DNA from: an uncultured bacterium
GTDB lineage: Bacteria; Krumholzibacteriota; Krumholzibacteriia; LZORAL124-64-63
Reading direction: 5' to 3'
NCBI GenBank assembly: GCA_963732385.1
Contig: CAVSZB010000007.1
Span: 1,376,001-1,440,000 of the forward strand
DNA length: 64,000 nucleotides
Shown here: one piece after another, positions 32,894 through 42,980 of the stretch
Numbering within the stretch: the first letter of the stretch is position 1
How the letters are laid out: each line of letters opens with the position of its first letter
Notes under the pieces: generated by a model
The model's input: only the letters and a program-made list of their open reading frames with translations
What the model was told of the DNA's origin: nothing
The model's database searches: none
Program-made: the position numbers and the translations under genes

Positions 32894-34639
32894 ATGTCCA
32901 GCCTCATCCGCGCCCACGGCCCACTCATTGCCCTGCTGCTCGGAGGTTGCCTCATGACCGCCGCGGCCGCCACCGGCGCCGACCGCCCCACCGGACGGCC
33001 GTTCGCCACCCGCTCGCCGGTTCTGGCCACGCACGGCATGGTCTGCGCCAGCCAGCCGCTGGCCGCGCAGATCGGACTCGACATCCTGCGGCGGGGCGGC
33101 TCGGCCGTGGACGCGGCCATCGCCGTCGATGCGGCGCTCGGCCTGATGGAGCCGACGAGCTGCGGGGTCGGCGGCGACCTGTTCGCCATCGTCTGGGACA
33201 CGCGCAGCGGCCGCCTGTACGGCCTCAACGCCAGCGGCCGCGCACCGCAAGCCATGACCATCGCGCGACTGCGCGCCGCCGGCATCGTCGACCGCCTGCC
33301 CGATTACGGCCCCTTCACCGTGACCGTGCCGGGCTGCGTGGACGGCTGGAGCTCGCTGCACGCGCGGTTCGGCCGGCTGCCCCTGCGCGAGCTGCTCGCC
33401 CCCGCGATCGGCTACGCGCGCGACGGCTTCCCGGTCACGCCGGTCATCGCCCACTACTGGGCGCTGAGCGCAACGCGATATCCCGAGTCTCCCCGCTTCG
33501 CGGCCACCTTCCTGCCGGGCGGCCGCGCGCCACGGGCCGGTGAGCTGTTCCGCAACCCCGATCTCGCCGCCACGCTCGAGACGATCGCCGGCGGCGGCCG
33601 CGACGCCTTCTACGCCGGCGACCTGGCGCGGCGCATCGCTGGCTGCGTGCAGGAGGCGGGCGGCTGGCTGACCGTTGAGGATCTCGCCGCGAACCGCCCG
33701 CAGTGGGTCGATCCCATCGCCACCGCCTACCGCGGCTACGACGTCTGGGAGCTGCCGCCCAACGGCCAGGGGGCCTGCGTCCTGCAGATGCTCAACCTGC
33801 TCGAGCCGTACGACCTCGCGCGGCTCGGCTTCGGCTCGGCCGAGCATCTCCACCTGCTGGCCGAGGTGAAGAAGATCGTCTACGCGGACCGCGCCGTGTT
33901 CTACGCCGACCCGGTGTTCGCCGGGCTGCCGCTGGCGCGACTGCTGAGCCGCGACTACGCGCGCGGGCGGCTTACGCTCTACGATCCGCAGCACGCCGCG
34001 CTCGCGGTGCCTCCCGGCGACCTGCCGTTGCGCCGGCTCGGCGCCCCGCCGGAGCACAATGACACCGTGTACCTGACGGTCGTCGACGCCGACCGCAACG
34101 CCGTTTCCCTCATCCAGAGCAACTACGCCGGCTTCGGCAGCGGCCTCGTGCCGGAGGGGGCCGGCTTCGGGCTGCAGAACCGCGGCAACCTCTTCGCGCT
34201 CGACCCGGCGCACGCCAACGCCCTCGCCCCCGGCAAGCGCCCGTTCCACACCATCATCCCGGCCATGGTGACGAAGGACGGCCGCGCCGTCTTCTCGTTC
34301 GGCGTCATGGGCGGCGACATGCAGCCGCAGGGGCATGTCGAGGTGCTGTGCAACATCCTCGACTTCGGCATGGACGTACAGGAGGCGGGCGACGCTCCGC
34401 GCCTGCGCCACACCGGCTCGCAGGAGCCGACCGGCGAGACGATGACCGACGGCGGGCTGCTGCATCTCGAGCGCGGCTTCGCTCCGGAAGTGGTGGCCGA
34501 GTTGCAGCGCCGCGGCCACCGATTCGGCGATCCCGCGGTCTCCTACGGCGGCTATCAGGGGATCTGGATCGACTGGGAGCTCGGCGTCCTGCGCGGCGGC
34601 AGCGAATCGCGCAACGACGGCTGCGCCGTCGGTTACTGA
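32894..34639 (+). CDS. ggt: Gamma-glutamyltransferase
   Basis: GGSAVDAAIA, GVGGDLF, ELPPNGQG, DTVYLTVVD (nucleophile Thr), PGKRPFHTIIP, GVMGGDMQPQG; GGAGG RBS. Confidence 0.93.
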   Translation: MSSLIRAHGPLIALLLGGCLMTAAAATGADRPTGRPFATRSPVLATHGMVCASQPLAAQIGLDILRRGGSAVDAAIAVDAALGLMEPTSCGVGGDLFAIVWDTRSGRLYGLNASGRAPQAMTIARLRAAGIVDRLPDYGPFTVTVPGCVDGWSSLHARFGRLPLRELLAPAIGYARDGFPVTPVIAHYWALSATRYPESPRFAATFLPGGRAPRAGELFRNPDLAATLETIAGGGRDAFYAGDLARRIAGCVQEAGGWLTVEDLAANRPQWVDPIATAYRGYDVWELPPNGQGACVLQMLNLLEPYDLARLGFGSAEHLHLLAEVKKIVYADRAVFYADPVFAGLPLARLLSRDYARGRLTLYDPQHAALAVPPGDLPLRRLGAPPEHNDTVYLTVVDADRNAVSLIQSNYAGFGSGLVPEGAGFGLQNRGNLFALDPAHANALAPGKRPFHTIIPAMVTKDGRAVFSFGVMGGDMQPQGHVEVLCNILDFGMDVQEAGDAPRLRHTGSQEPTGETMTDGGLLHLERGFAPEVVAELQRRGHRFGDPAVSYGGYQGIWIDWELGVLRGGSESRNDGCAVGY

Positions 34640-34762
34640 CGGCGCGCCCGAGACGATGACGCCGGAGCCACCGCCCCCCGCGATCTCCCCGTTCCCCCGC
34701 GCCCGCGGCGGTGTTATGGTCCGCGCGGAATATCCGTCCGGAAACCGCGCCAGGGAGAGGTC

Positions 34763-35200
34763 ATGTCCCGCCTGAGACTGCAGCCGTTGCCCGCCTACAC
34801 GTCCGCCTGCGAAATCCGCGTGCGCACGACCGACCTCAACTACGGCGGCCATCTCGGCAACGACCGGCTGCTCGCGCTCGTGCACGAGGCGCGCGTGGAC
34901 TTCCTCGCCACGCACGACTGGTCGGAGCTGGACTGCGCCGGCGCGCAGCTGATCATGGCCGACGCGGCGATCGTCTTCCAGGCCGAGGCGTTCGCCGGCG
35001 ACCTGCTGCGCGTGGAAACGGCCGCTGGCGAGCCGACCCGCGTCGGCTTCCGGCTGTTCCACCGCCTGACCCGCCGGCCGGACGGCGCCGCGGTGGCGCT
35101 CGTCGAGACCGGTCTGGTCTGCTTCGACTACGCGGCCGGGCGGCCGGTGCCGCTGCCGGAGGCGGTGCGCGCCCTCTGCGCGACCGGCCCGGAAGCGTGA
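34763..35200 (+). CDS. Hot-dog fold thioesterase (4HBT family)
   Basis: VRTTDLNYGGHLGND, HEAR, ETGLVCFDY. Confidence 0.85.
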   Translation: MSRLRLQPLPAYTSACEIRVRTTDLNYGGHLGNDRLLALVHEARVDFLATHDWSELDCAGAQLIMADAAIVFQAEAFAGDLLRVETAAGEPTRVGFRLFHRLTRRPDGAAVALVETGLVCFDYAAGRPVPLPEAVRALCATGPEA

Positions 35201-35205
35201 GCGCC

Positions 35206-36036
35206 ATGCCGACTCCCGAGCGTCTCACCAGCCTGCAGAATCCGCGCGTGAAGGAGCTGCTCGGCCTGCGCGACCGCCGTGACCGGGATGCGCGCGGCCT
35301 CACGCTGATCGAGGAGCCGCGCGTGATCCGACGCGCACGCCGCGCCGGCTATCCGTTCATCGAGGTCTGGTACTGCCCCGAACTGCTCGACACGGTCGAT
35401 CCCGGGTTGCTGGAGTTCCTGCGCGCCGGCGAGCCGTTCGCGGCCATCGAGGTCAATCAACCGGTGATGGCGAAGATCGCCTACAAGGAGAAGCCGGAGG
35501 GAGTGCTGGTGGTGGCGCCGCAGCAGCGCCTGACGCTCGACCGGCTGACCCTGCCGGAGGCGCCGCTGCTGCTGGTGCTCGAGGCGGTGGAAAAACCGGG
35601 CAACCTCGGCGCCATCCTGCGCGTGGCCGACGGCGCCGGCGCCGACGCCGTCATCGTCTGCGACCCCGGCACCGACATCTTCAATCCCAACGTCCTGCGC
35701 GCCTCCACGGGCGCCTTCTTCACCGTGCCGGTCGTGGAGGAGGACGCCAGCCGCGTCCGCTCCTGGCTGCGCGAAAAGCGGATCCGCGGCGTGGCCACCA
35801 CCCCCGCCGCCGCCGCCCCCTACACCGACGCGGACCTGCGCGGCCCCGTTGCCATCCTGCTCGGCGCCGAGGACCGCGGCCTGTCCGACGAGTGGCTGAT
35901 GCGCGCCGATCTGCAGGTGCGCATCCCGATGCGCGGCGAAGCCGATTCGCTCAACGTCTCGGTCACGGCCGCCCTGATGGCCTACGAGGCGATGCGGCAG
36001 CGCCAACTGCCGCCGGGATCCGACCGCACCGGCTGA
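35206..36036 (+). CDS. TrmH/SpoU family RNA 2'-O-methyltransferase
   Basis: TSLQNPRVK, EKPGNLGAILR, GAEDRGL, IPMRGEADSLNVS. Alternative start GTG 35197. Confidence 0.92.
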   Translation: MPTPERLTSLQNPRVKELLGLRDRRDRDARGLTLIEEPRVIRRARRAGYPFIEVWYCPELLDTVDPGLLEFLRAGEPFAAIEVNQPVMAKIAYKEKPEGVLVVAPQQRLTLDRLTLPEAPLLLVLEAVEKPGNLGAILRVADGAGADAVIVCDPGTDIFNPNVLRASTGAFFTVPVVEEDASRVRSWLREKRIRGVATTPAAAAPYTDADLRGPVAILLGAEDRGLSDEWLMRADLQVRIPMRGEADSLNVSVTAALMAYEAMRQRQLPPGSDRTG

Positions 36037-36041
36037 CGGCA

Positions 36042-39000
36042 TCAGACAGCACGTGTCGCGGCCGCCACCGTCCGCCGCTCCAGAGCGTGCCACAGCACCG
36101 GCAGCACGATCAGCGTCAGCAGCGTCGAGGTCACGATCCCCCCCATCACGATCGCCGCCAGCGGCTTCTGGATGTCGGCGCCGGAGCCGGTCGCCAGCAG
36201 CATCGGCAGGTGCCCGATGAAGCTGGTGAGCGCGGTCATGAAGAGCGGCTTGAAGCGCAGGTCGCACCCCTCCACCACCGCCTCGGCCGGCGTGCGTCCC
36301 GCCTCGCGCAACTGACGCAGGAACGCCAGCAGCACCACGCCGTTCTGCACCGCGATGCCGAGCAGGACGATGAACGCCACCGCCGCCGACACCGACAGGT
36401 GCATCCGCAGGGCGACGGCCGCCGCCACCCCCCCCACGAGCGCGAACGGCAGGTTGAGGATCACGAGCAGCGCATTGCGCGCCGAACCGAGCGCCCCGTA
36501 CAGCAGCCCGGCGATCAGCACCAGCGCCAGCGGCAGCACCAGGGCGAGCTGCCGCATCGCCCGCTGCTGGTTCTCGAACTGGCCGCCGTAGGCGAGCCAG
36601 TAGCCGGGCGGCAGCCCCGCCTCCACCTCGCTAAGGCGGGCCCGCACGTCGGCCACGAAGCCGCCCAGGTCGCGCCCGCGCACGTTCGCCTCTACGACGA
36701 CCCGTCGCGCGCCGTTCTCCCGGCTCACCTGCGCCGGCCCCTCCCGCGGGACGAAGCGCGCCACCTGCCCCAGCGGCACCCGCTCGCCCCCCGGCCCGAC
36801 CAGCAGCAGCCCGGCCAGCGCGGCCACATCGCCCCGATCCGCCTCGGGGTAGCGCACCACGATCGGATGACGGCGCTCCCCCTCCACCAGCGTGCCCACC
36901 TGCCGCCCCGCCACCCCCACCGCGAGCAGCTCGCCCAGGTCGGCGGCGTTCAGGCCGTAGCGCGCCAGCGCGTGCCGGTCCGGCTCGACGACCAGCTCGG
37001 TCATGCCGGCCACCTGCTCCACCTTGACGTCGCCGGCCCCCGGCACGTCCATCAGGATGGCCGCGGTGCGGTCTGCGATCTCCTTCAGCCGCCCCAGATC
37101 CGGCCCGAACACCTTTACCGCCAGATCGCTCTTCACGCCGGAGATCAACTCGTTCACCCGCAGGGCGATCGGCTGGGAAAACGAGTAGCGCAGCCCCGGC
37201 ACGCGCGACAGTTCGGCGTTCATCGCCGCCACGAGCGCGTCGCGGTCGCGTCCGGCGCCCCACTGGCGACGCGGCTTGAGCATGACGAACAGGTCGGTCT
37301 GCTCCGGCCCCATCGGATCCTCGGAGATCTCCGCCCGCCCGCTCTTGGCCACCACCGTGGCCACCTCCGGGAAGCGCAGCAGCCGTCGCTCCAGCTCCCC
37401 CGCCACCGCCACCGACCCGGCGAGCGAGGCGTTGGGCAGCCGCACGACATTGATCGCCAGCGCCCCCTCGTCGAGCGTCGGGATGAACTCCGTGCCGAGC
37501 CGCGGCACCAGCGCCACCGCCGGCAGCAGGGTCGCCAGCGCCAGCGCCAGGGTGAGGCGCGGCCGCGCCAGGGCTCCCCGCAGCAGCACGAGGTAGCCGT
37601 TGTGGAAGCGCCGCACGACGCCGAACTCCCGCTCCGGTCGCCGCGCCAGGAAAGTCTCCGCCAGCACCGGAATCACGGTCAGCGCCACCGCGAGCGAGGC
37701 GAGCAGGGCGAACAGCAGCGTCAGCGCGAGGGGACGGAACATCTTCCCCTCGACCCCCTGCAGCGTCAGCAGCGGCACCAGCACCAGCGCCATGATCAGC
37801 ACCGAGAAGGCGACCGGCCGCGCCACCTCCGTCAGCGCCGCCACCGCCACCTCGCGGCGCGACCGTTCCGGCGCGGCCCGCGCCAGGTGCCGACGCACGT
37901 TCTCCACGATGACGATCGAGGCGTCGACCACCATGCCGACCGAAAACGCCAGACCGCCCAGGCTCATCAGGTTAGCCGAGAAGCCGGCGGCCCCCATGAT
38001 CAGGAACGCCACGAGGAAGGTCAGCGGCAGCGAAAGCACGACGATCAGCGCCGTGCGCACCTCGGCCAGGAACAGGCAGAGCACCAGGATCACGAACAGG
38101 CCACCCAGCAGCAGCGCGTCGGTGACCGTGCGCACGCACGCCTCGATCAGTCCGGTGCGGTCGTAGAAGACGTCCAGCCGCGCTCCGGCCGGCAGCGCCG
38201 CGCCGATGGCCGCCACCGCCGCCTTGACCCGCTCCACGACCGTGCGCGAGTTCTCGCCGCGCAGCATGATGACCATGCCGGCGACCGTTTCGCCGCGCGC
38301 GTCGCGGGTGACCGCCCCCTGCCGGGTCATCGCCCCCTCGAAAACCTCGGCCACGTCGCCCACCGTGACCGCCGCCCCGTCCCGCGCGCGCAGCACGACC
38401 CGGCCGATGTCGTCGACGCTGCCGAACAGGAGATGGCCGAGCACGTAGGTCTGTTCCCAGCCGTGCACGATGAAGCCGGCGCCGACGTTGGCGTTGTCGC
38501 GCGCCAGCGCCTCCACGACGTCTCGCGGCGTCAGGCCGTACTCGGCGAGCCGCCCCGGCTGCAGGCGCACGTCGACCTGCCGCACCAGCCCGCCGAAGCT
38601 GTTCACCTCGGTCACGCCGCTCACGGCGCGCAGCCGCGGCGCCACGAGCCAGTCCTGGATCGCCCGCCGCTCGGTCAGGGTGAGACTGTCCCCCTCCACG
38701 GTGTACTGGAAGATCTCGCCGAGGCCGGTGCTCAGCGGCGCCAGCTCCGGCTCGAGCCCCGCCGGCAGCGCCTCGCGCGCCTCCTGCAGCCGCTCGAACA
38801 CGACCTGCCGCGCGAACCACGGGTCGGTGCCGTCGGTAAACACCACCACCACCTGAGACAGCCCGGCCCGCGACAGCGACCGCACCAGTTGCAGCCGCGG
38901 CAGCCCCCCCATGCGCTGCTCGAGCGGGTACGAGACCCGCTGCTCGACCTCCTCGGCGCCGAGCCCCTCGGCCCGGGTCAGGACCATCACCTGCACGTTG

Positions 39001-39125
39001 GTAACGTCCGGGAAGGCATCCACCGGCAGGCGCTGCCAGACGGCCGCGCCGACCGCGGCGATCAGCGCGCCGCACACCAGCACCGGCCAGCGACGCGCCA
39101 GCAGGGCGACAAACCAGCGATTCAT
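36042..39125 (-). CDS. czcA: CzcA/CusA heavy-metal RND permease
   Basis: LPVDAFPDVTNVQV, STGLGEIFQY, GMVVDASIVIVEN, EGKMFRPLA, FSQPIALRVNELISGV, GIAVQNGVV. Confidence 0.92.
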   Translation of the reverse strand: MNRWFVALLARRWPVLVCGALIAAVGAAVWQRLPVDAFPDVTNVQVMVLTRAEGLGAEEVEQRVSYPLEQRMGGLPRLQLVRSLSRAGLSQVVVVFTDGTDPWFARQVVFERLQEAREALPAGLEPELAPLSTGLGEIFQYTVEGDSLTLTERRAIQDWLVAPRLRAVSGVTEVNSFGGLVRQVDVRLQPGRLAEYGLTPRDVVEALARDNANVGAGFIVHGWEQTYVLGHLLFGSVDDIGRVVLRARDGAAVTVGDVAEVFEGAMTRQGAVTRDARGETVAGMVIMLRGENSRTVVERVKAAVAAIGAALPAGARLDVFYDRTGLIEACVRTVTDALLLGGLFVILVLCLFLAEVRTALIVVLSLPLTFLVAFLIMGAAGFSANLMSLGGLAFSVGMVVDASIVIVENVRRHLARAAPERSRREVAVAALTEVARPVAFSVLIMALVLVPLLTLQGVEGKMFRPLALTLLFALLASLAVALTVIPVLAETFLARRPEREFGVVRRFHNGYLVLLRGALARPRLTLALALATLLPAVALVPRLGTEFIPTLDEGALAINVVRLPNASLAGSVAVAGELERRLLRFPEVATVVAKSGRAEISEDPMGPEQTDLFVMLKPRRQWGAGRDRDALVAAMNAELSRVPGLRYSFSQPIALRVNELISGVKSDLAVKVFGPDLGRLKEIADRTAAILMDVPGAGDVKVEQVAGMTELVVEPDRHALARYGLNAADLGELLAVGVAGRQVGTLVEGERRHPIVVRYPEADRGDVAALAGLLLVGPGGERVPLGQVARFVPREGPAQVSRENGARRVVVEANVRGRDLGGFVADVRARLSEVEAGLPPGYWLAYGGQFENQQRAMRQLALVLPLALVLIAGLLYGALGSARNALLVILNLPFALVGGVAAAVALRMHLSVSAAVAFIVLLGIAVQNGVVLLAFLRQLREAGRTPAEAVVEGCDLRFKPLFMTALTSFIGHLPMLLATGSGADIQKPLAAIVMGGIVTSTLLTLIVLPVLWHALERRTVAAATRAV

Positions 39126-39147
39126 CGGCGTCGTCCTCCGGTACGGG

Positions 39148-40478
39148 TCAGTCGGCACAGCCGGCGCCCATCTTGGCGCGCAGCACATCGGACTTGAGCA
39201 GGAACGCGCCGCGTGCGGCCACGACCTGGCCCGGCGCCAGCCCGCCGGCGATCTCCACCCACCCGCCCTCCGCGCGGCCGGTCGTGACCGGCCGGCGCAG
39301 GAAGTACCCCGGCCGCGCCGCCACGAAGACGAAGGAGCGCCCCGCGTCCTCGAGCACCGCCTCGGCCGGCACGGCGAGGGCACGCGCGGCGCCCGGCAGC
39401 CGCAGGCGGACATGCGCGAACATCCCCGGACGCAGCAGCCCCTCCGCGTTGTCCACGACGATGCGCGCCCGCGCGGTGCGGGTGCTCGCGTCGAGCGTGC
39501 CGCCAATGGTGTCGAGCCGCCCCTTCAGCACCCGGTCCGGCGCAAAGTGCAACGTCACCTCCGCCGGCACCTCCCCCGCCGCGCGCGCCGCCAGCAGCGG
39601 CCCGATCTCGTGCTCGCGCAGGTTCGCCAGCACCCACATCCTGGAGACGTCCGCCACCAGCAGCAGCGGCTGGTCCGCCGTCACCTGCCGGCCCGGTCCG
39701 AGCTCGCGCTCGAGCACGGTCCCGCCCAGCGGGGCCGTCACGGTCAGGAGCGGCGCGCCGTCGGGGTCGCGCGCGAGCGCCTCCAGCCCCGCCGCGTCCA
39801 GGCCGTGCGCCCGCATCCGCTCCGCCGCGGCCATCTCGGCGGCCGCTGCGCGCGCCCGCTCCGCCTCCGCCTCCAGCAGGTCCTTCCGCGGGCAGATCCC
39901 CTGCGCGTGGAGCTCGGCCTCGCGCGCCGCCGCCGCCCGCGCCAGCGCGTGCCCCGCCCGCGCCTGCAGCCAGACCGCCCGCTCCTGTGCCCAGGCGGGG
40001 CTGGCGATCCGCAGCAGCGGCTGTCCCCGCTGCACGACGCTCCCCACGTCCACCAGCACCTCGCGCACCGTGCCGTCCGCGCGCGACGTCACCCGCACGG
40101 CCCGCTCCGCGTCGAGCTGCGCCTCGCCGTCCAGCTCGAGCACCGCCGGCAACCCCCGCTCCGTCACCGTGACGGTCTGCAGCAGTCCGTCCGGCCCCGC
40201 GAGCGCCGAGTCCACCTTCACCAGGCCCAGTTCGTAGCGGCACTCGTCGCAGCTGTGCTGGGCGATGTCGTGCTCGCAGACGGCCGCGAACAACTCCGCC
40301 TCGCCGCGGTCCAGGTCGGATGTCTCCACCGCGGCCCCGGCGCCCGGCTCCGGCGCGCGCGCCGTCCCGTCCGCCGCGTTCCCGCGCGCGCCGCAGCCGC
40401 CCCCCCCGCCGCCGCCGCGGCGAGCCACAGCGCCGCCGCCGCCAGGCGGCAATATCCGTGCTTGATGGCGATCGTCAT
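39148..40478 (-). CDS. czcB: CzcB-like periplasmic adaptor, frameshifted in a G8 run at 40400-40407
   Basis: ATG 40478 overlaps the czcC stop and encodes a signal peptide (MTIAIKHGYCRLAAAALWLAAAAAGG). The body (GCGARG...CEHDIAQHSCDEC, TAPLGGTVLER, LRPGMF) continues in another frame. Confidence 0.8.
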
Positions 40479-41737
40479 GGTGTCTCTCCCCCGGGCGCCG
40501 CCAGCGGCGTCCCCAGCAGTGATTCCAGTTCCAGACGCGCCGCGTGCAACGCCGCCAACGCCTCGAGCTGCCGCAGCCGCGCCGCCGCCAGCGTGCGGCG
40601 CGCATCGAGGGCATCGAGCAGTCCGAACTTGCCCCGCCGGTACCCCTCGTCCAGCGCCGCCCGCACCCGCGCCGCCTCCGGCACCACCGTCTCGCGCAGC
40701 ACCCGCTCCGCCGCGATCGCCGCATCCAGGTCGTCCCATGCCGCCAGCCGCGCCGCGCGCAGCCGGTCGCCAAGCGCCCGCAGCTCGTGCCGCGCCTGCG
40801 CCTCCCGCGCCGCCGCCTCCGCTACCGCCCCACCCCCACGGTCGAACAGCGGCAGCGGCAGCGCGACCGAAGCCACGAACGCCCGCTCCCCGCTCGCCGC
40901 GAACCGCCGCACCCCTCCCGCCGCCGTCGGATCGGGCCACCGCCCCGCCCGCGCCAGCCGCGCCAACGCCGCCTGCCGCGCCACCACCGCCTCCTGCCGC
41001 GCCAGCTCCGGATTCGCCGCGGTCCAGGCCGCCACTTCCGCGCGCGTCGGCGCGGCAATCCCCGTCACCAACTCCCCCGCCGCCCGCGTCGAGTCTCCCT
41101 CCGCCCCGCCCCACAACTCCGCCATCGCCGTACCAGCCCGACGCGTCCCGGCCACCGCCGCGTCCCGGTCGATCGCCGCCAGCGCCCGCTCCCCCCGCGC
41201 CCGCGACAACTCCACCGGCGACACCTCCCCCGCCCGCACGAGCGCCCCTACCGCCGCCGTCAACGAGTCAGCCACCGCCACCTCGCCATTGAGCAGCTCC
41301 ATCCGCCGCTGCGCCACCAGTTGCGCCACGAATCGCCGCTCGACCTCGCCGAGCAGATCGCGCCGCGCCGCCGCAAGGCCGGCCGCCGCCGCCTCCCGCC
41401 CCCGTCTTCCCGCCTCCGCCGCCGCCCCGCGCCGCGCGAGAAAGCCGAGGTTCTGCGCCAGCGACCAGGTCACTTCCGCCTCCCCCCACTGCGCCAGATC
41501 CCCCCCGAAGTTCTCCACCTCGAAGGACAGCTCAGGATTCGGCACCGCCCCCGCCTGCCGCGCCGCCCCCGCCGCCGCCGCCGAATCCGCCACCGCCGCC
41601 GCCAGCACCGGACTGTTGGCCAGCACGCGCGCCCGGCAGTCATGAAGGGTGAGTTGAACCTCGGCCCCGGCCACGGGCCCGGCAGTCAGCAGCCACCCCA
41701 GCACCACCCCGACCCGCCAACAGACATCCGCACGCAT
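40475..41737 (-). CDS. czcC: CzcC-like TolC outer membrane protein
   Basis: Signal peptide, PNPELSFEVENFGG, LPLPLFDR, GYRRGKFGLLDALDARRTL. Confidence 0.88.
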   Translation of the reverse strand: MRADVCWRVGVVLGWLLTAGPVAGAEVQLTLHDCRARVLANSPVLAAAVADSAAAAGAARQAGAVPNPELSFEVENFGGDLAQWGEAEVTWSLAQNLGFLARRGAAAEAGRRGREAAAAGLAAARRDLLGEVERRFVAQLVAQRRMELLNGEVAVADSLTAAVGALVRAGEVSPVELSRARGERALAAIDRDAAVAGTRRAGTAMAELWGGAEGDSTRAAGELVTGIAAPTRAEVAAWTAANPELARQEAVVARQAALARLARAGRWPDPTAAGGVRRFAASGERAFVASVALPLPLFDRGGGAVAEAAAREAQARHELRALGDRLRAARLAAWDDLDAAIAAERVLRETVVPEAARVRAALDEGYRRGKFGLLDALDARRTLAAARLRQLEALAALHAARLELESLLGTPLAAPGGETP

Positions 41738-41819
41738 CGCTGCCTCTTTTCGCGCACGAAGACATGACGCACCCGCGCGCCGCGCGCGGACGACCCTGTT
41801 CACGATGAGGTGCGGAAAA

Positions 41820-42239
41820 TCAGATACGCAGCACGCAGGAGCGCGCCGACAGGAAGAGGTCCGGCCCACTGCCGTCCCCCGCCCACCCCGGCACGTCCAC
41901 CACAGCAGAAGCAAACGGCGCCCCGACCACCGACGCCACCCCAGGCAGGACCCGCGCCCCGCCCCCCATCAACACCGCACTGAGCGAAACCGGCGAATCA
42001 CTGCATCCCTCGGCCGCCCCGACGAGACAAGCGTCACAACCGCCGCCACCCGGCGCATCCTCGCCCGCCGCCGCAGCCGGCGAACACCCCCGCCCCGCCA
42101 ACTCGACCGCCAGATGCCCTCCCGGCGCATGGCACAGCACGACCGGCATCGCCCCGGCCCCCAGCACGGCCAGAGCCGCCGCGAGCAAAAGCCCGCCGCC
42201 CCTCCGCCGCTGCCGCCGCTGTCCGTCCCTGAACGCCAT
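41820..42239 (-). CDS. Small Cys/His-containing exported protein leading the czc operon
   Basis: AGGAGG RBS, signal-like helix, VLCHAPGGHLAVE, CDAC, C-terminal CVLRI. Confidence 0.55.
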   Translation of the reverse strand: MAFRDGQRRQRRRGGGLLLAAALAVLGAGAMPVVLCHAPGGHLAVELAGRGCSPAAAAGEDAPGGGGCDACLVGAAEGCSDSPVSLSAVLMGGGARVLPGVASVVGAPFASAVVDVPGWAGDGSGPDLFLSARSCVLRI

Positions 42240-42481
42240 GCACCCTCCTGAGAAGACCCCCAACGCTATGTCGCTCCGGTCCCAGCGTCAAGGCGCCGGC
42301 TCCGCGGGTCCCTCCCGTCGTGGCACATTTACCCCTGCCGGCCCCAACCCGAATCCAGCCGCACTACAATGCAGCGTCGGGCGAGCACCAAACAGCTTCC
42401 GTGCGGTTCCCTCGACGTCCTCCCGCACGAAGTACGGGACATTGACAATGCCGGCGTCAGAAACCGCCGCCGCCTGAAACG

Positions 42482-42979
42482 TCAGCGGGCCGGCAGATCG
42501 AGCAACTTCTTGCGGGTATAGGGGATGAGCCCGCCGGCGTCGATGATCGCCTGGCGCGCCGGCGGCAGGGGCACGGTGGCGAACTCCCTGCCGCTGGTCC
42601 TGTTCAGGACCCTGCCTGGAACGAGCTTAATGTCGTCCCCCTCGTTCGCCTCGATGGTCGGGCAGATGATCAGGTTCAGGCCGAGGTTGATGGCGTTCTG
42701 CAGGAAGATGCGCGCGATGCTCCGGGCGACGATGATGAGTTCGTGGCCCCGGATGGCGCTCACCGCCTGCTCGCGGCTCGAGCCGCAGCCGAAGTTCTCG
42801 TCGGCGACGACGACGCTGCCCGCCGGAATCGCCCCGGCCTTGAGCCGGCCGTTGAACTCCGTGCGATCGTTGAAGCAGAACTGCGGCGTCTCGGTCGGCA
42901 GGACCGTGGCCATGAACCGGCCGGGGTAGATGTCATCGGTGCTGATGTCCTTGCCGAGCTTCAGTACGACCTGGCCCAT
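42482..42979 (-). CDS. Isopropylmalate/homoaconitate-type dehydratase small subunit (LeuD/HacB-like)
   Basis: DISTDDIYPGRF, NFGCGSSREQA, ARIFLQNAINLG. Confidence 0.9.
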   Translation of the reverse strand: MGQVVLKLGKDISTDDIYPGRFMATVLPTETPQFCFNDRTEFNGRLKAGAIPAGSVVVADENFGCGSSREQAVSAIRGHELIIVARSIARIFLQNAINLGLNLIICPTIEANEGDDIKLVPGRVLNRTSGREFATVPLPPARQAIIDAGGLIPYTRKKLLDLPAR

Positions 42980-42980
42980 G

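Noticed and set aside
42340..42478. Minus-strand fragment ...GIVNVPYFVREDVEG... resembling a Ser/Thr kinase remnant at the operon edge
   Set aside because: Too short, with no start or RBS; the similarity could be chance.
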